The notes under the pieces are model-generated. The model was not told the origin of the DNA. It worked only from the letters and a program-made list of their open reading frames with translations, and ran no database searches. Of a stretch of DNA of 64,000 bases, positions 30,001 to 42,689 are shown in pieces. Position 1 is the stretch's first letter. Each line of letters begins with the position of its first letter. Origin of the DNA: Eledone cirrhosa (taxonomy: Eukaryota); contig CAXHJY010001693.1 of assembly GCA_964016885.1 (NCBI GenBank), positions 1 through 64,000 on the forward strand, written 5' to 3'. Both the position numbers and the translations under genes were made by a program.

Positions 30001-33000
30001 GAAATGACCCTATAAATGGCTAAAACGGTATATAAATTATGAAAATGACTCTATATTGGATAAAACGGCATGAGAAATGACTAAAATGAATATTAGATGG
30101 CTAAAACAGCATCTTAAATGACTATAAAATGACCCTAAAATGTCTAAAACGGTGTATGAATGACGAAAATGACTCTAAATGGCTAAGACCGCCTCATAAA
30201 TGACTAACACGGCAAAATAAATGAGTAAATGCCTCTAAAATGCCTAAAACGACATCATAAATGACGAAAATCTCTCTAAAATGGCTAAAACCGCCACATA
30301 AAGGACTAAAATGACTCTAAAATGGCAAAGGCGGCATCATAATTGACTAAAATGAGTCTAAAATGGCTAAATACGACTCATAAAGGACTAAAATGACTCT
30401 AAAATGGCTTAAACAGCATTATAAATGACTAAAATGGCTAAAACCGCATCGTAAATGACTAAAACGACTCTAAAATGCTAAAACTGCCTCATAAAGGACT
30501 AAAATGACTCTGAAATGGCTAAAACGGCATCATAAATGAATAAAATGACTCTAATAAGGCTAAAACCGGATCATAAATGACTAAAACGGCACCATAAACG
30601 ACTAAAATGACACTAAATGGGCTAAAACCGCGTCATAAATGACTAAAACGGCAAAATATATGAATAAATGCCTCTAAAGTGCCTAAAACGACATCATAAA
30701 TGACGAAAATGACTCTAAAATGACTAAAACTGCATCATGAATGACTAAAACGGCAAAATAAATGAATATATGCCTCTAAAATGCCTAAAACGACATCATA
30801 AATGACTAAAATGACTCTGAAATGGCTAAAACCGCATCATAAATTACTAAATGGCTAAAACCGCATCGTAAATGATTAAAAGGACTCTAAAATGGCCTAA
30901 AACAGCATCATAAATGAAGAAAATGACTCTAAAATAGCTAAAACGGCCCCATAAAGGACTAACATGACTCTAAAATGGCTAAAACCGCATCATAAATGGC
31001 TAAAATGGCTTAAAAGGCATCATGAATGACTGAAATGACACTAAAATGGCCAAAACCGCTGCGTAAATGACTAAAACGGCAAAATAAATGAGTAAATACC
31101 TCTGAAATGCCCAAAACGACATCATAAATGATGAAAATGACACTAAAATGGCTAAAAACACCTCACAAAAGACTAAAATGACTCTAAAATGGCTCAAACG
31201 GCATCATGAATGACTAAAATGGCTCAAACAGCATCATAACTGAATAAAATGGCTCTAAATGGCTAAAACCGCCCGATAAAGTAAAAAAGGACTCTAAAAT
31301 GGCTAAAACAGCATCATAAATGACTAAAATGAGCGTAAAAATGGCTAAAACGGTATATAAATGATGAAAATTACTCTAAAAGGGATAAAACGGCATCAGA
31401 AGTGACTGACATGACTCTTAGATGGCTAAAACAGCATTGTAAATGAATAAATTACCCTAAAATGTCTAAACCGCTGTATAAATGACGAAAATGACTCTAA
31501 AATGGTTATAAGCGCCTCATAAAGGACTAGAATATCTCTAAAATTGCTAATACCACATCATAAATGACTAAAATGGCTAAAACAGCATCATAAATAACTA
31601 AAATGGCTAAAACCGCATCGTAAATGAATAAAACAACTCTAAGATGGCTAAAACTGCCTCATAAAGGACTAAAATTACTCTAAATGGCTAAAACCGCCTC
31701 ATAAAGGACTAAAACGACTCCAAAATGGCTAAAGCGGCATAATAAATGACTAAAATGACTGAAAAGTGGCTAAAACCGCCACATAAATGAGTACAATGAC
31801 TCTAAACTGGCTAAAACAGCATCATAAATGACTAAAATGACTCTAAAACGGCAAAATAAATGAATATATGCCTCTAAAATGCCTAAAACGACATCACAAA
31901 TGATTAAAATGACCCTAAAATGGCTAAAACCGCATCATACATGACTAAAATGGCTTAAACCGCATCATAAATGACTAAAACCTCTCTAAAATGTCTAAAA
32001 CCGCCTCATAAAGGACTAAAATGACTCTAAAATGGCTAAAGCGGCATCATAAATGACTAAAATGACTCCAAAATGGCTAAAGCGGCATCATAAATGAATA
32101 TAATGACCAAAAGTGGCTAAAACCGCCTCATAAATGACTAAAATGACTCTAAAAGGGCTAAAACCGCATCATAAATGACCTAAACGACAAAATAAATGAA
32201 TATATGCCTCTAAAATGGCTAAAGCGGAATCATAAATTACTAAAATGACTCTAAAATGGCTAAAACCGACTCATAAAGGACTAAAATGACTCTAAAAAGG
32301 CTAAATCCACATCATAAATGACTAAAACGGCAAAATAACTGAGTAAATGCCTCTAAAATGCCTAAAACGACATAATAAATGACGAAATTGACTCTAAAAT
32401 GGCAAAAACCGCCCTATAAAGGACTAAAATGACTCTAAAATGGCTAAAACGGTATCATAAATGACTAAAATGGCTAAAACCGCATCGTAAATGACTAAAA
32501 TGACTCTAAAATGGCTAAAGCGGCATCATAAACGACTAAAATGACTCTAAAATGGCTCAAACCGACTCATAAATGCCTAAAATGACTCTAAACTGGCTAA
32601 AACAGCATCATAAATGACTAAAATGACTCTAAAATGGTTAAAAGCGCCTCATAAAGGACTAAAATGACTCAAAAAGGGCTAAACGGCATCATAAATGACT
32701 AAAATGACGCTATAATGGCTCAAACCGCCCCATAAAGGACTAAAATGATTCTAAAATTGCTAAAACCGCCTCATAAAGGATTAAATGACACTAAAATGAC
32801 TAAAACGGTGTATAAACGACTAAAATGACTCTAAAATTGCTAAAAAAGCATCATAAATGACTAATATGACCCTAAAAATGGCTAAAACGATATATAAATG
32901 ATAAAAATTACTCTAAAATGGATAAACCTGGCATCAGAAATGACTAAAACGACTCTTACATGGCTAAAAGAGCATCGTAAATGACTGAAATTACCTTAAA

Positions 33001-35782
33001 ATGTCTAAATCGGTGTATAAATGACTAAAATGAATCTAAAATGGCTAAAACAGCCTCATAAATGACTGAAATGACTCTAAAATGGCTAAAACGGCATCAT
33101 GAATGACTAAAATGGCTCAAACGGCATCATAACTGAATGAAATGACTCTAAAATGGCTAAAACGCCCCATAAAGGACTAAAATGACTCTAAAATGGCTAA
33201 AATGGCATCATAAATGACTAAAATGAACGTAAAAATGGCTAAAACAGCATTGTAAATGACTAAAATGACCCTAAAATGTCTAAAACGGTGTATAAATGAC
33301 GAAAATTACTCTAAAATAGCTAAAACAGCATCGTAAATGACCAAAATGACCCTAAATTGCCTAAACCGGTGTATAAATGACGAAAATGACTATAGAATGG
33401 TTAAATGCGCCTCATAAAGGACTAAAATGACTCTAAAACTGCTAAAACCGCATCATAAATGACTAAAATGGCTAAAACAGCATCATAATTGACTAAAATG
33501 GCTAAAATCGCCTCGTAAATGACTAAAACAACTCTAAAAGGGCTAACACTGCCTCATAAAGGACTAAAATGCCTCTAAAAGGGCTAAAACGGCATCATGA
33601 ATGAGTAAAATGGCTCAAACTGCATCATAAATGAATAAAATGACTCTAAAATTGCTAAAACCCCCTCATAAAGGACTAAAATGACACTAAAATGGCTTAA
33701 ACAGTGTATAAATGACTAAAATGACTTTAAAATTTCTAAAAAAGCATCATAAATGACTAAAGTGACCCTCAAAATGGCTAAAACGATATATAAATGATGA
33801 AAATTACACTAAAATGGATAAAACGGCATCAGAAATGACTAAAATGACTCTTAGATGGCTGAAACAACATCGTAAATGACTAAAATAACCTTAAAATGTC
33901 TAAATTGGTGTATAAATTACTAAAATGAATCTAAAATAGCTAAAACCGCCTCATAAAGGACTAAAATGACTCTAAAATGGCTAAAGCGGCTTCATAAATG
34001 ACTAAAATGACTCTAAAATGGCTAAAACCGACTCATAAAGGACTAAAATGACTCTAAAATGGCTAAAGCGGCATCATGAATGACTAAAATGACTCCAAAA
34101 TGGCTAAAACCGCCTCATGAAGGACTAAAATGAATCTAAAATGGCTAAAACCGCATCATGAATGACTAAAACGGCAAAATAAATGAATATATGCCTCTAA
34201 AATGCCTAAAACGACATCACAAATGACGAAAATGACTCTAAAATGGCTAAAGCGGCTTCATAAATGACTAAAATGACTCTAAAATGGCTAAAACCGACTC
34301 ATAAAGGACTAAAATGACTCTAAAATGGCTAAAGCGGCATCATAAATGACTAAAATGACTCCAAAATGGCTAAAACGGCCTCATGAAGGACTAAAATGAA
34401 TCTAAAATGGCTAAAACCGCATCATGAATGACTAAAACGGCAAAATAAATGAATATATGCCTCTAAAATGCCTAAAACGACATCACAAATGACGAAAATG
34501 ACTCTAAAATGGCTAAAACCGCCACATAAAGGACTAAAATGTCTCTAAAATGGCTAAAACGGCATCATGAATGACTAAAATGGCTCAAACGGCATCATAA
34601 CTGAATAAAATGACTCTAAAATGGCTAGAACCACCCCATAAAGGACGAAAATCACTCTAAAATGGCTAAAATGGCATCATAAATGACTAAAATAACCGTA
34701 AAAATAGCTAAAACGGTATATAAATGATGAAAATTACTTTAAAATGGATAAAACGGCATCAGAAATGACTAAAATGACTCTTAGATGGCTAAAACAGCAT
34801 TGTAAATGACCAAAATGACCCTTAAATGTCTAAAACGCTGTATAAATGACGAAAATTACTCTAAAATGGCTAAAACAGCATTGTAAATGACCAAAATGAC
34901 CATAAGATGTCTAAACCGGTGTATAAATGACGAAAACGACTCTAAAATGGTTAAAAGCGCCTCATAAAGGACTAAAATGACTCTAAATTGTCTAAAACGG
35001 CATCATAAAGAACTAAAAGGACTCTAAAATGGCTAAAACAGCATCATAAATGACTAAAATGACCCTAAAAATGGCTAGAATGGTATATAAATGATGAAAA
35101 TTACTCATAAATTGATAAAACAGCATCATAAATGACTAACATGACTCCAAAATGGCTAAAGCAGCATCATAAATGACTAAAATGACTCTAAAATGGCTAA
35201 AACCGCCTCATAAAGGACTAAAATGACTGTAAAATGGTTAAAACGGCATCAAAAATAACTAAAATGACTCTAAATTGACTAAAACCGCATCATGAATGAC
35301 TCAAACGGCGAAATAAATGAATATATGCCTCTAAAATGCCTAAAACAACATCATCAATGACGAAAATGATTCTAAAATGGCTAAAATCGCGACATAAATG
35401 ACTAAAATGACTCGAAAATGGCTAAAACAGCCTTATAAAGGACTAAAATGACTCTAAAATGGCTAAAACGGCACCATAAATGACTAAAATGACACAAAAA
35501 GGGTTAAAACCGTCCCATAAAGGACTAAAATAGTTAAAACCGCATCATAAATGATTAAAATGGCTAAAAAGGCATCATGAATGACTCAAATGACACTAAA
35601 AGGGCTAAAACCGCATCATCAATGACTAAAACGGCAAGATAAATGAATAAATGCCTCTAAAATGCCTAAAACGACATCATCAATGACCAAAATGACTCTA
35701 CAATGGCTAAAACGGCATAAAAAATAACTAAAATGACTCTAAAAGGGCTAAAATCACATCATAAATGACTAAAATGGTTAAA
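1..35782 (+). repeat. Major satellite array, 41-bp monomer (AAAATGACTCT-AAAATGGCT-AAAACGGCATC-ATAAATGACT) with 30-bp variants and higher-order repeats
   Basis: CTCATAAAGG recurs at 1 and 42 (41 bp). The opening block recurs at 2632 and 5262. Same orientation throughout; runs off the left edge of the window. Confidence 0.98.
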
Positions 35783-36800
35783 ATAGTGGTGTATATGTAA
35801 TATTTAATACAGAAAAGGCTTCTACAGGACTAAAACTCATTAATATGAGGTGTATTAGTACATTATATGCCATATTTAGTACAGAAATGGCCTCTAAATG
35901 CAGTAAAGTCTTTAATTCGAATCAAATAGTAGTATATATGCAATATTTAATACAGAAATGGCTCCTACAAGACTAAAACTCATTAATATAACGGGTATTC
36001 GTAGTATATATGCCATATTTAATAAAGAAATGGCTTCTAAATTCAGCAAACTCTTTAATTCGAAGCAAATAGTAGCGTATATGCAATATTTAATACAGAA
36101 ATGGCTTCTACAGGACTAAAACTCATTAATATGAGGCGTATTAGTACATTATATGCCATATCTAGTACAGAAATGGCTTCTAAATGCAGTAAAGTCTTTA
36201 ATTCGAATCAAATAGTAGTATATATGCAATATTTAATATAGAAATGGCTTCTACAAGACTAAAACTCATTAATATAAGGGGTATTCGTGGTATATATGCC
36301 ATATTTAATACAGAAATGGCTTCTAAATGCAGTAACCCTTTAATTTGAATCAAATAGTAGCGTATATGCCATATATAATACAGAAATGGCTTCTAAATGC
36401 AGTAAACTCTTTAATTCGAATCAAATAGTTACATATATGCCATATTTAATACAGATATGGCTTCTACAGGTCTAAAACTCATTAATATGAGGAGTATTAG
36501 TACATTATATGCCATATTTAGTACAGAAATGGTTTCTAAATGAAGAGAACTCTTTCATTCGATGGAAATAGTGGTGTATATGCAATATTTAATACAGAAA
36601 TGGCTTCTACAACACTAAAACTCATTAATATGAGGGGTATTCATAGTATATATGCCAAATTTAATACAGAAATGGCTTCTAAATGCAGTAAACTCTTTAA
36701 TTTGAATCAAATAGTTGCATATATGCAATATTTAATACAGAAATGGCTTCTACGGGATTAAATTCATGAATATAAGGCGTATTAGTAGATTATATGCCAT
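35783..36800 (+). repeat. Second satellite: ~14 units of 71/72 bp forming A/B dimers of 143 bp
   Basis: Constant block TATATGCMATATTTAATACAGAAATGGCTTCTA; its ACAGAAA falls at about 35809, 35881, 35952, 36024, 36095, 36167 ... 36737, followed alternately by two types of ~40-bp segment. Confidence 0.95.
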
Positions 36801-38140
36801 CATACATGACTAAAACGGCATCATACATGACTAAAACGTCATCATAAATGACTAAAATGGCATCATACATGACTAAAACGGCATCTTAAATGACTAAAAT
36901 GACTCTAAAATTGCTAAAACGGCATCATCAAAGCCAAAAACATCATCATAAATGACTAAAACGACTCTAAAATGACTAAAACGTCATCATAAATGACTAA
37001 AACGACATCATAAATGACTAAAATGGCATCTTAAATGACTCTAAAATGGCTAAAACGTCATTATAAATGACTAAAATGGGTAAAACGGCATTATAATTGA
37101 CGAAAATGAGTCTAAAATGGCATCATACATGACTAAAACGTCATCATAAATGACTAAAATGGCATCATAAATGACTAAAATGACTCTAAAATGGCTAGAA
37201 CGGCATCATAAATGACTAAAATGGTTACAACGGCATCATAAATGATGTAAATGACTCTAAAATGGCTGAAACGGTATCATAAATGACTAAAATTGCTAAA
37301 ACGGCGTCATAAATAACTAAAATGAGCCTAAAATGGCAAAAACCGCATCATAAATGACGAAAATCACTAAAGCGACGTCATAAATGACTCTTAAACTGCT
37401 TATGCGGCATCATAAATAACTAAAATGACCCTAAAATGGCTAAAACCGCATCATAAATGACTAAAGCGACGTCATAAATGACTAAAACGGCATACTAAAT
37501 AAATAAAATGACACTAAAATGGCTAAAACGGCATCATAAATGACTAAAATTACTTTAAAATGGCAAAAACGGTATCATAAATCAAGAAAATGACACTTAA
37601 ATGCCTAAAACGGCATCATAAATGACTAAAACGACTCTAAAATGGCTAAAACGTCATCATAAAACGACATCATAAATGACTCGAAAATGGCTAAAACAGA
37701 ATCTTAAATGACTTTAAAATGGCTAAAACGTCATTATAAATGACTAAAATCGGTAAAACGGCATTATAAATGACGAAAATGAGTCTAAAATGGTTAAAAC
37801 GGCATCATACATGACTAAAACGTCATCATAAATGACTAAAATGGTTACAACGGCATCATAAATGATGTAAATGACTCTAAAATGGCTGAAACGGTATCAT
37901 AAATGACTAAAATGACTCTTAAATTGCTAAAACGGCATCATAAATAACTAAAATGGCAAAAACCGCATCATAAATGACTAAAGCGACGTCATAAATGACT
38001 AAAACGGCATACTAGATAAATAAAATGACACTAAAATGGCTAAAACGGCATCATAAATGACTAACATTACTTTAAAATGGCAAAAACGGTATCATAAATC
38101 AAGAAAATGACACAAAACGGCATCATAAATGACTGACATC
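36801..38140 (+). repeat. Terminal diverged block of the major satellite, rich in 21-bp half-monomers
   Basis: AAAACGGCATCATAMATGACT units. Internal duplication: ATGGTTACAACGG at ~37221 and ~37841. Confidence 0.93.
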
Positions 38141-39176
38141 ATATATATACTTTTATATATATATATCCATATATATATATATGTGTATATATATATATAT
38201 GTACATGTATATATATATTTGTATGTATATATGGACATACATATATGTATATATATATAAATGTACATAAATATATACGTACAACTATATATATATGTAC
38301 ATATATATATACATACATATACACATATATATGTACATATATATATATACACACATATATATATGTACATATAATATATATATACATAAATATGTAGATA
38401 TATATATGTACATAAATATATATACATATATATGCCCATATATATATATATACATATATATGTATGTATATATATATACATGTACATATATATATTATAT
38501 GCACATATATATGTATACATGTACATATATGTGTGTATATATATATATGTGTATATGTATGTATATATATATATGTACACATATATAGTTGTACGTATAT
38601 ATATATATACATATATATATATGTGCATATATATATACATTTATATATATATACATATATATGTATATATATATATGTACATATACATATATATATATCT
38701 AAATATGTACATATGTATATATATGTGTACATATATATATATGTACACATATACATACACATGTGTATATGCACATATATATATATATGTATATATATAC
38801 ATATCTGTATATATGTACATATATATGTGTATATATATATGTATAGATATGTACATGTGTGCATATATATGTGTACATATATGTATATATATATGTGTAC
38901 ATATATATATGTATATATATATGCGTATATATATATATATATATATAGAAATGTGTACATATATATATGTATCTGTATATGTAGTAATGTGTACATATAT
39001 ATATATATATGTACATATATATATGTATTATATATATACATGTATATATATATATATACATATATTTATATAAATATGTGTATGTACATATATGTATAAT
39101 ATATATGTATGTATATATATATATGTATGTATATATATATATATGTATGTGTATATATATATATATACATACATAT
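38141..39176. repeat. ~1-kb compound (TA)n/(TG)/(CA) alternating purine-pyrimidine tract
   Basis: Almost uninterrupted RY alternation; source of the spurious Tyr/Ile ORFs in the ORF track. Confidence 0.97.
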
Positions 39177-39514
39177 TATCATCATTTCATTTTACGTCTG
39201 CTTTTTCCCTGCTTGCAAGGGTGGGACGGGAACTGATTCTGGCTTGATTTCTACAGCTGGATGCCCTTCCTAACACCAACCTCATTTACGGTGAGTGCTG
39301 GGTGCTTTTCTGCCGTGGCACCTCCACGAACACTTTGCAGTGGAATGATAGGGACCCCAGTCTCTATCATCTCATCTCTACAGCTGAGTAAACTAGAGCA
39401 ATGTGAAATAAAGTGTCTTGTTTAAGGACACAACACATCACTCGGTCTGAGAATTGAACTCACAGCCTTTCGATTGCAAGGCCAATGCTCTAACCACTAA
39501 GCCATGTGCCTCCA
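39177..39514 (-). mobile_element. tRNA-derived SINE, family A, full length
   Basis: Minus-strand head TGGAGGCACATGGCTTAGTGGTTAGAGCA (A box) ... GAGTTCAATTCT (B box), a CORE-like middle, and a LINE-type tail ending in (GAT)n-like repeats. Several near-identical copies in the window. Confidence 0.92.
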
Positions 39515-39935
39515 CATATATGTATGTATATATATATGTATGTGTATATATATGTGTGTATATATATGTATATATATATATATATATTATGGAATACTGT
39601 TGGCTTTTTGCTACAATATTTTCTATACCTTTCATTTATATATATGTAGACGTATTCTTCCACCTCCTCTATTTCATCACCGCCAACCACCATCCGACAT
39701 GTTGGTACGTTGTCAGACCGCATGAACTTCGTTTATATGCGGTTCATCTTGAGGCCTACTGCAGAGCTTTTCGATGCCGAGCTCCGTCAGCATACGATTG
39801 GGACTACATGGATGAGGAAAGCATGATACACAGAGGAATGGACGGCGTGCTGTGACCAGCGGCGCTGAATGGACACCCGACAGACTGGTCGGTGAAGGTG
39901 AGATATATATGTATGTATATATATATATATGTATA

Positions 39936-39974
<39 letters not shown>

Positions 39975-40331
39975 TATGGAAGAAGTTATAGTTCACTTGA
40001 AGCATTGTGTAATGAGGTATAAACGTTTGAATTTGTAAAGCCAAACAATGCAGGTATGGACATAGAATAAAAAAATTGCAAATGATATTGTTGCCATGTC
40101 ATGCATGACTTGGCAAGCTATTTAGAACACTGGTTTAACCGCTTTACTTCCCTCCGAAGAAGAGATATTATCTTGAAAATTAAGGACATTTAAATAAATC
40201 TAAGGTAAAAGACTAATTGTCAACAATATCTTTTGCATTTTTTTTAATTTTATGTTCATACCGGTATTGTTTGGCTTTACAAATTCAATGTATATATATA
40301 TGTATATATACATGTATGTATATGTATATGT

Positions 40332-40360
<29 letters not shown>

Positions 40361-40362
<2 letters not shown>

Positions 40363-40704
40363 GAGGCACATGGCTTAGTGGTTAGAGCATTGGCCTTGCA
40401 ATCGAAAGGTTGTGAGTTCAATTCTCAGACCGGGTGATGTGTTGTTTCCTTGAGCAAGACACTTTATTTCACATTGCTCCAGTTTACTCAGCTGTAGAAA
40501 TGAGATGATAGGACTGGGGTCCATATCATTCCACTGCAAAGTGGTCGTGGAGGTGCCACGGCAAAAAAGCACCCAGCACTCACTGTAAATGAGGTTGGTG
40601 TTAGGAAGGGTATCCAGCTGTAGAAATCAAGCCAAAATCAGTTCCCGTCCCACCCTTGCAAGCAGGGAAAAAGCAAGGCCAATGCTCTAACCACTAAGCC
40701 ATGT
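40361..40704 (+). mobile_element. tRNA-derived SINE, family A, tail replaced by an inverted copy of its head
   Basis: Head starts at 40361; 40673-40704 is the reverse complement of 40368-40399. Confidence 0.92.
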
Positions 40705-40729
40705 ATATATATATGTATCATGTATTAAT

Positions 40730-41580
40730 TTATATATGTTAAAAATAATAAAATAAAACTTTCACAACGCCAACTTGAAATCGAAACCAAGTTACAAATG
40801 AAGCTGCTTGGTAAATACTGAAAGTGATATCTATATAAAGTATTAAAACCTTAAATTTATTTAATTAAACATAAATAAGCAAGCTACTGTAATGGAAAAT
40901 TAATTGATCTAATTATCTATTTATATAAAAGAAGGAAGAATTTGGCGAGAAATAAAAAAAAAAAATCTGCCTTCGTTAAGATAAAGAAAATTCAGCCATG
41001 AAATCTCCCATCATGCAACACAGCAGTCAATTATTTTGATACTTTAGCGACATCAGTTGAAAGAACCGAAGTCGCTAAAGTGTCAAATCTTGCCGCGTTG
41101 CATGAATGGAGGTATAATGGCTGCATTTTATTTATTTTTAATGACGGCGGATTTTTTTAATATCTTTCTCGCCAACTTCTTCCTTCTTTTATATAAATAA
41201 ATAATTAAAACAGTTAATTTACTCACTTCCTCTCTTTAATCTGAACATCAACTCACCCTGGCAGCACCTGGAGTGGTGAAGGTAAAGCAAGGCTAACATG
41301 GAGGCCATTAGCAACTAATTTTATACAATAATTCTCAACACAATGTCTGATATTATGATTATGTTTAAGTTTTATTAATCTTCCATTGCAGTACTTTCTG
41401 TATTTATAATTAAATAAATAAATTTAAGGTTTTAATGATTTTAATTAAAACTTTCAGCAAATTCCAGGCAGCTTCGTTGGGAGGAGAGTTGGCTGTTCAA
41501 TCTTTCGTAATGTGGTGAGAGGTTCGATCTCCAGCTGCAGAAATAATTTTATTTTATTACTTTAACAAACATATATAAAT
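40730..41580. mobile_element. Large imperfect foldback/MITE-like element
   Basis: Nested inverted matches around ~41060: TTTATATAAAAGAAGGAAGAA / TTCTTCCTTCTTTTATATAAA, CTTTAGCGAC / GTCGCTAAAG, ATTAAAACCTTAAATTTATTTA / TAAATAAATTTAAGGTTTTAAT. Confidence 0.75.
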
Positions 41581-41921
41581 ATACACATATATTATATACA
41601 TATACACACATATATATATATATACATGCATATTATATATATATACATATATATTATATGTATATATTCAATTTATTTAATATCATTGTATATGTATATA
41701 TGCATATATACATACATGTATGTATATATACATAATTATAGGAATAACCAAAGAGTGCTTAGAAATACATTGTTTTATTAGCTAACAGTGTTTCATCTAT
41801 ACCCCATGGCAGGAATCATCAGAGCCTATAAACAAGAGCAATATATCTGCGTGTCTGGGCATATTGATATATTTGTCAACGAAACTATGTATATATACAT
41901 ACATATATGTATATACTCTTT

Positions 41922-42458
41922 TACCTGTTCCAGCCATCCAGCTGAGGCCATGCTGGGGCACCGCCCTTGTTGCTACACATTTTATCTCCAGCCTGTATTG
42001 TTTGGCCACTGGTGCAAGAGGGAGTTTGTTGCTGCTGCCCTTAGGTTTCGCTTGTGCCTTGCTGTGGGCTCATCCAGGATCCTGGATAGCAAGGTGTCGA
42101 GATGTTTCTTGAAGACATCCAACTCCTCACCATGCAGATCTCTCAGATCCCTCGGCAGCTTGTTGAAGAGTTGAGGGTCCTTGAACCCCAGGCTATTGCA
42201 ATATCTGCTCCTTATTCTAGGTGTGGAAGACGAGGCCTTTGGCACCAGACAGTGACGTCCTGTTCGAGGGTTGGTCCAGCTCCCAATGCCAAAGTTTGGT
42301 GCTACTCCCTTCAGGATTTTCCACATGTAGATCACTGCGTATCTCTCCCGTCTTCGTTCCAAGGAGTAGAGGTTCAGTTCTTTTAGCCTCTCCCAGTAGC
42401 TTATCTCCTTCGTCGTGGCAATCCTCTTGGTGTAGCTTCGCTGGATTGCCAATGTCAC
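41922..42458 (-). mobile_element. 5'-truncated CR1-group LINE (ORF2 C-terminus and 3' end)
   Basis: IQRSYTKRI...SYWERLKELNLYSLERRRERYAVIYMWKIL...LFNKLPRDLR...FKKHLD is typical of the post-RT tail of CR1/L2-group ORF2. Confidence 0.85.
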
Positions 42459-42689
42459 TGGACCGAGATCTTTGGCGCTACACAGTAATACAGAAGACCC
42501 GCCTTACCTAAGTACAAAGTGAAACCTACTACAGTTAGTAGGCACCTATAACAAAATACACCCCCGTCCCACTACCCCCACCCCATCCACACCACCCCTT
42601 TCAATGTAAAGTTATGTTGGTACCACATCCAGTCCGAAACAAATGAGGTCATGTAGGTGTCACGACAAAAAAACACAGAGTCCACGCTG

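Noticed and set aside
24400-30200. Excess single-base indels in satellite monomers as a biological decay signal
   Set aside because: Most fall in homopolymers (AAAA, TT, GG), as expected from long-read consensus error; cannot be trusted without reads.
31000-31197. Hydrophobic 65-aa ORF in the satellite (also 36540-36761)
   Set aside because: Chance open frames in tandem repeat; no coding context.
35783-36800. CRISPR-like repeat-spacer appearance
   Set aside because: The intervening segments are two recurring types, not unique spacers; no cas genes; eukaryotic satellite context.
1-38140. Telomeric repeat, or arrays of AP-1-like (TGACTAA) and Hox/Cdx-like (TCATAAA) sites
   Set aside because: No TTAGGG-type tract. 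The factor-like words follow automatically from the monomer sequence, and nothing here shows binding.
38092-39236. Long Tyr/Ile/Cys/His ORFs (up to 300 aa), also at 55.9-57.2 kb
   Set aside because: Alternating RY microsatellites lack stop codons in all frames; translation artefacts.
40361-40435. tRNA gene
   Set aside because: A and B boxes are present but the acceptor stem does not close, and the sequence continues into a multi-copy SINE body.
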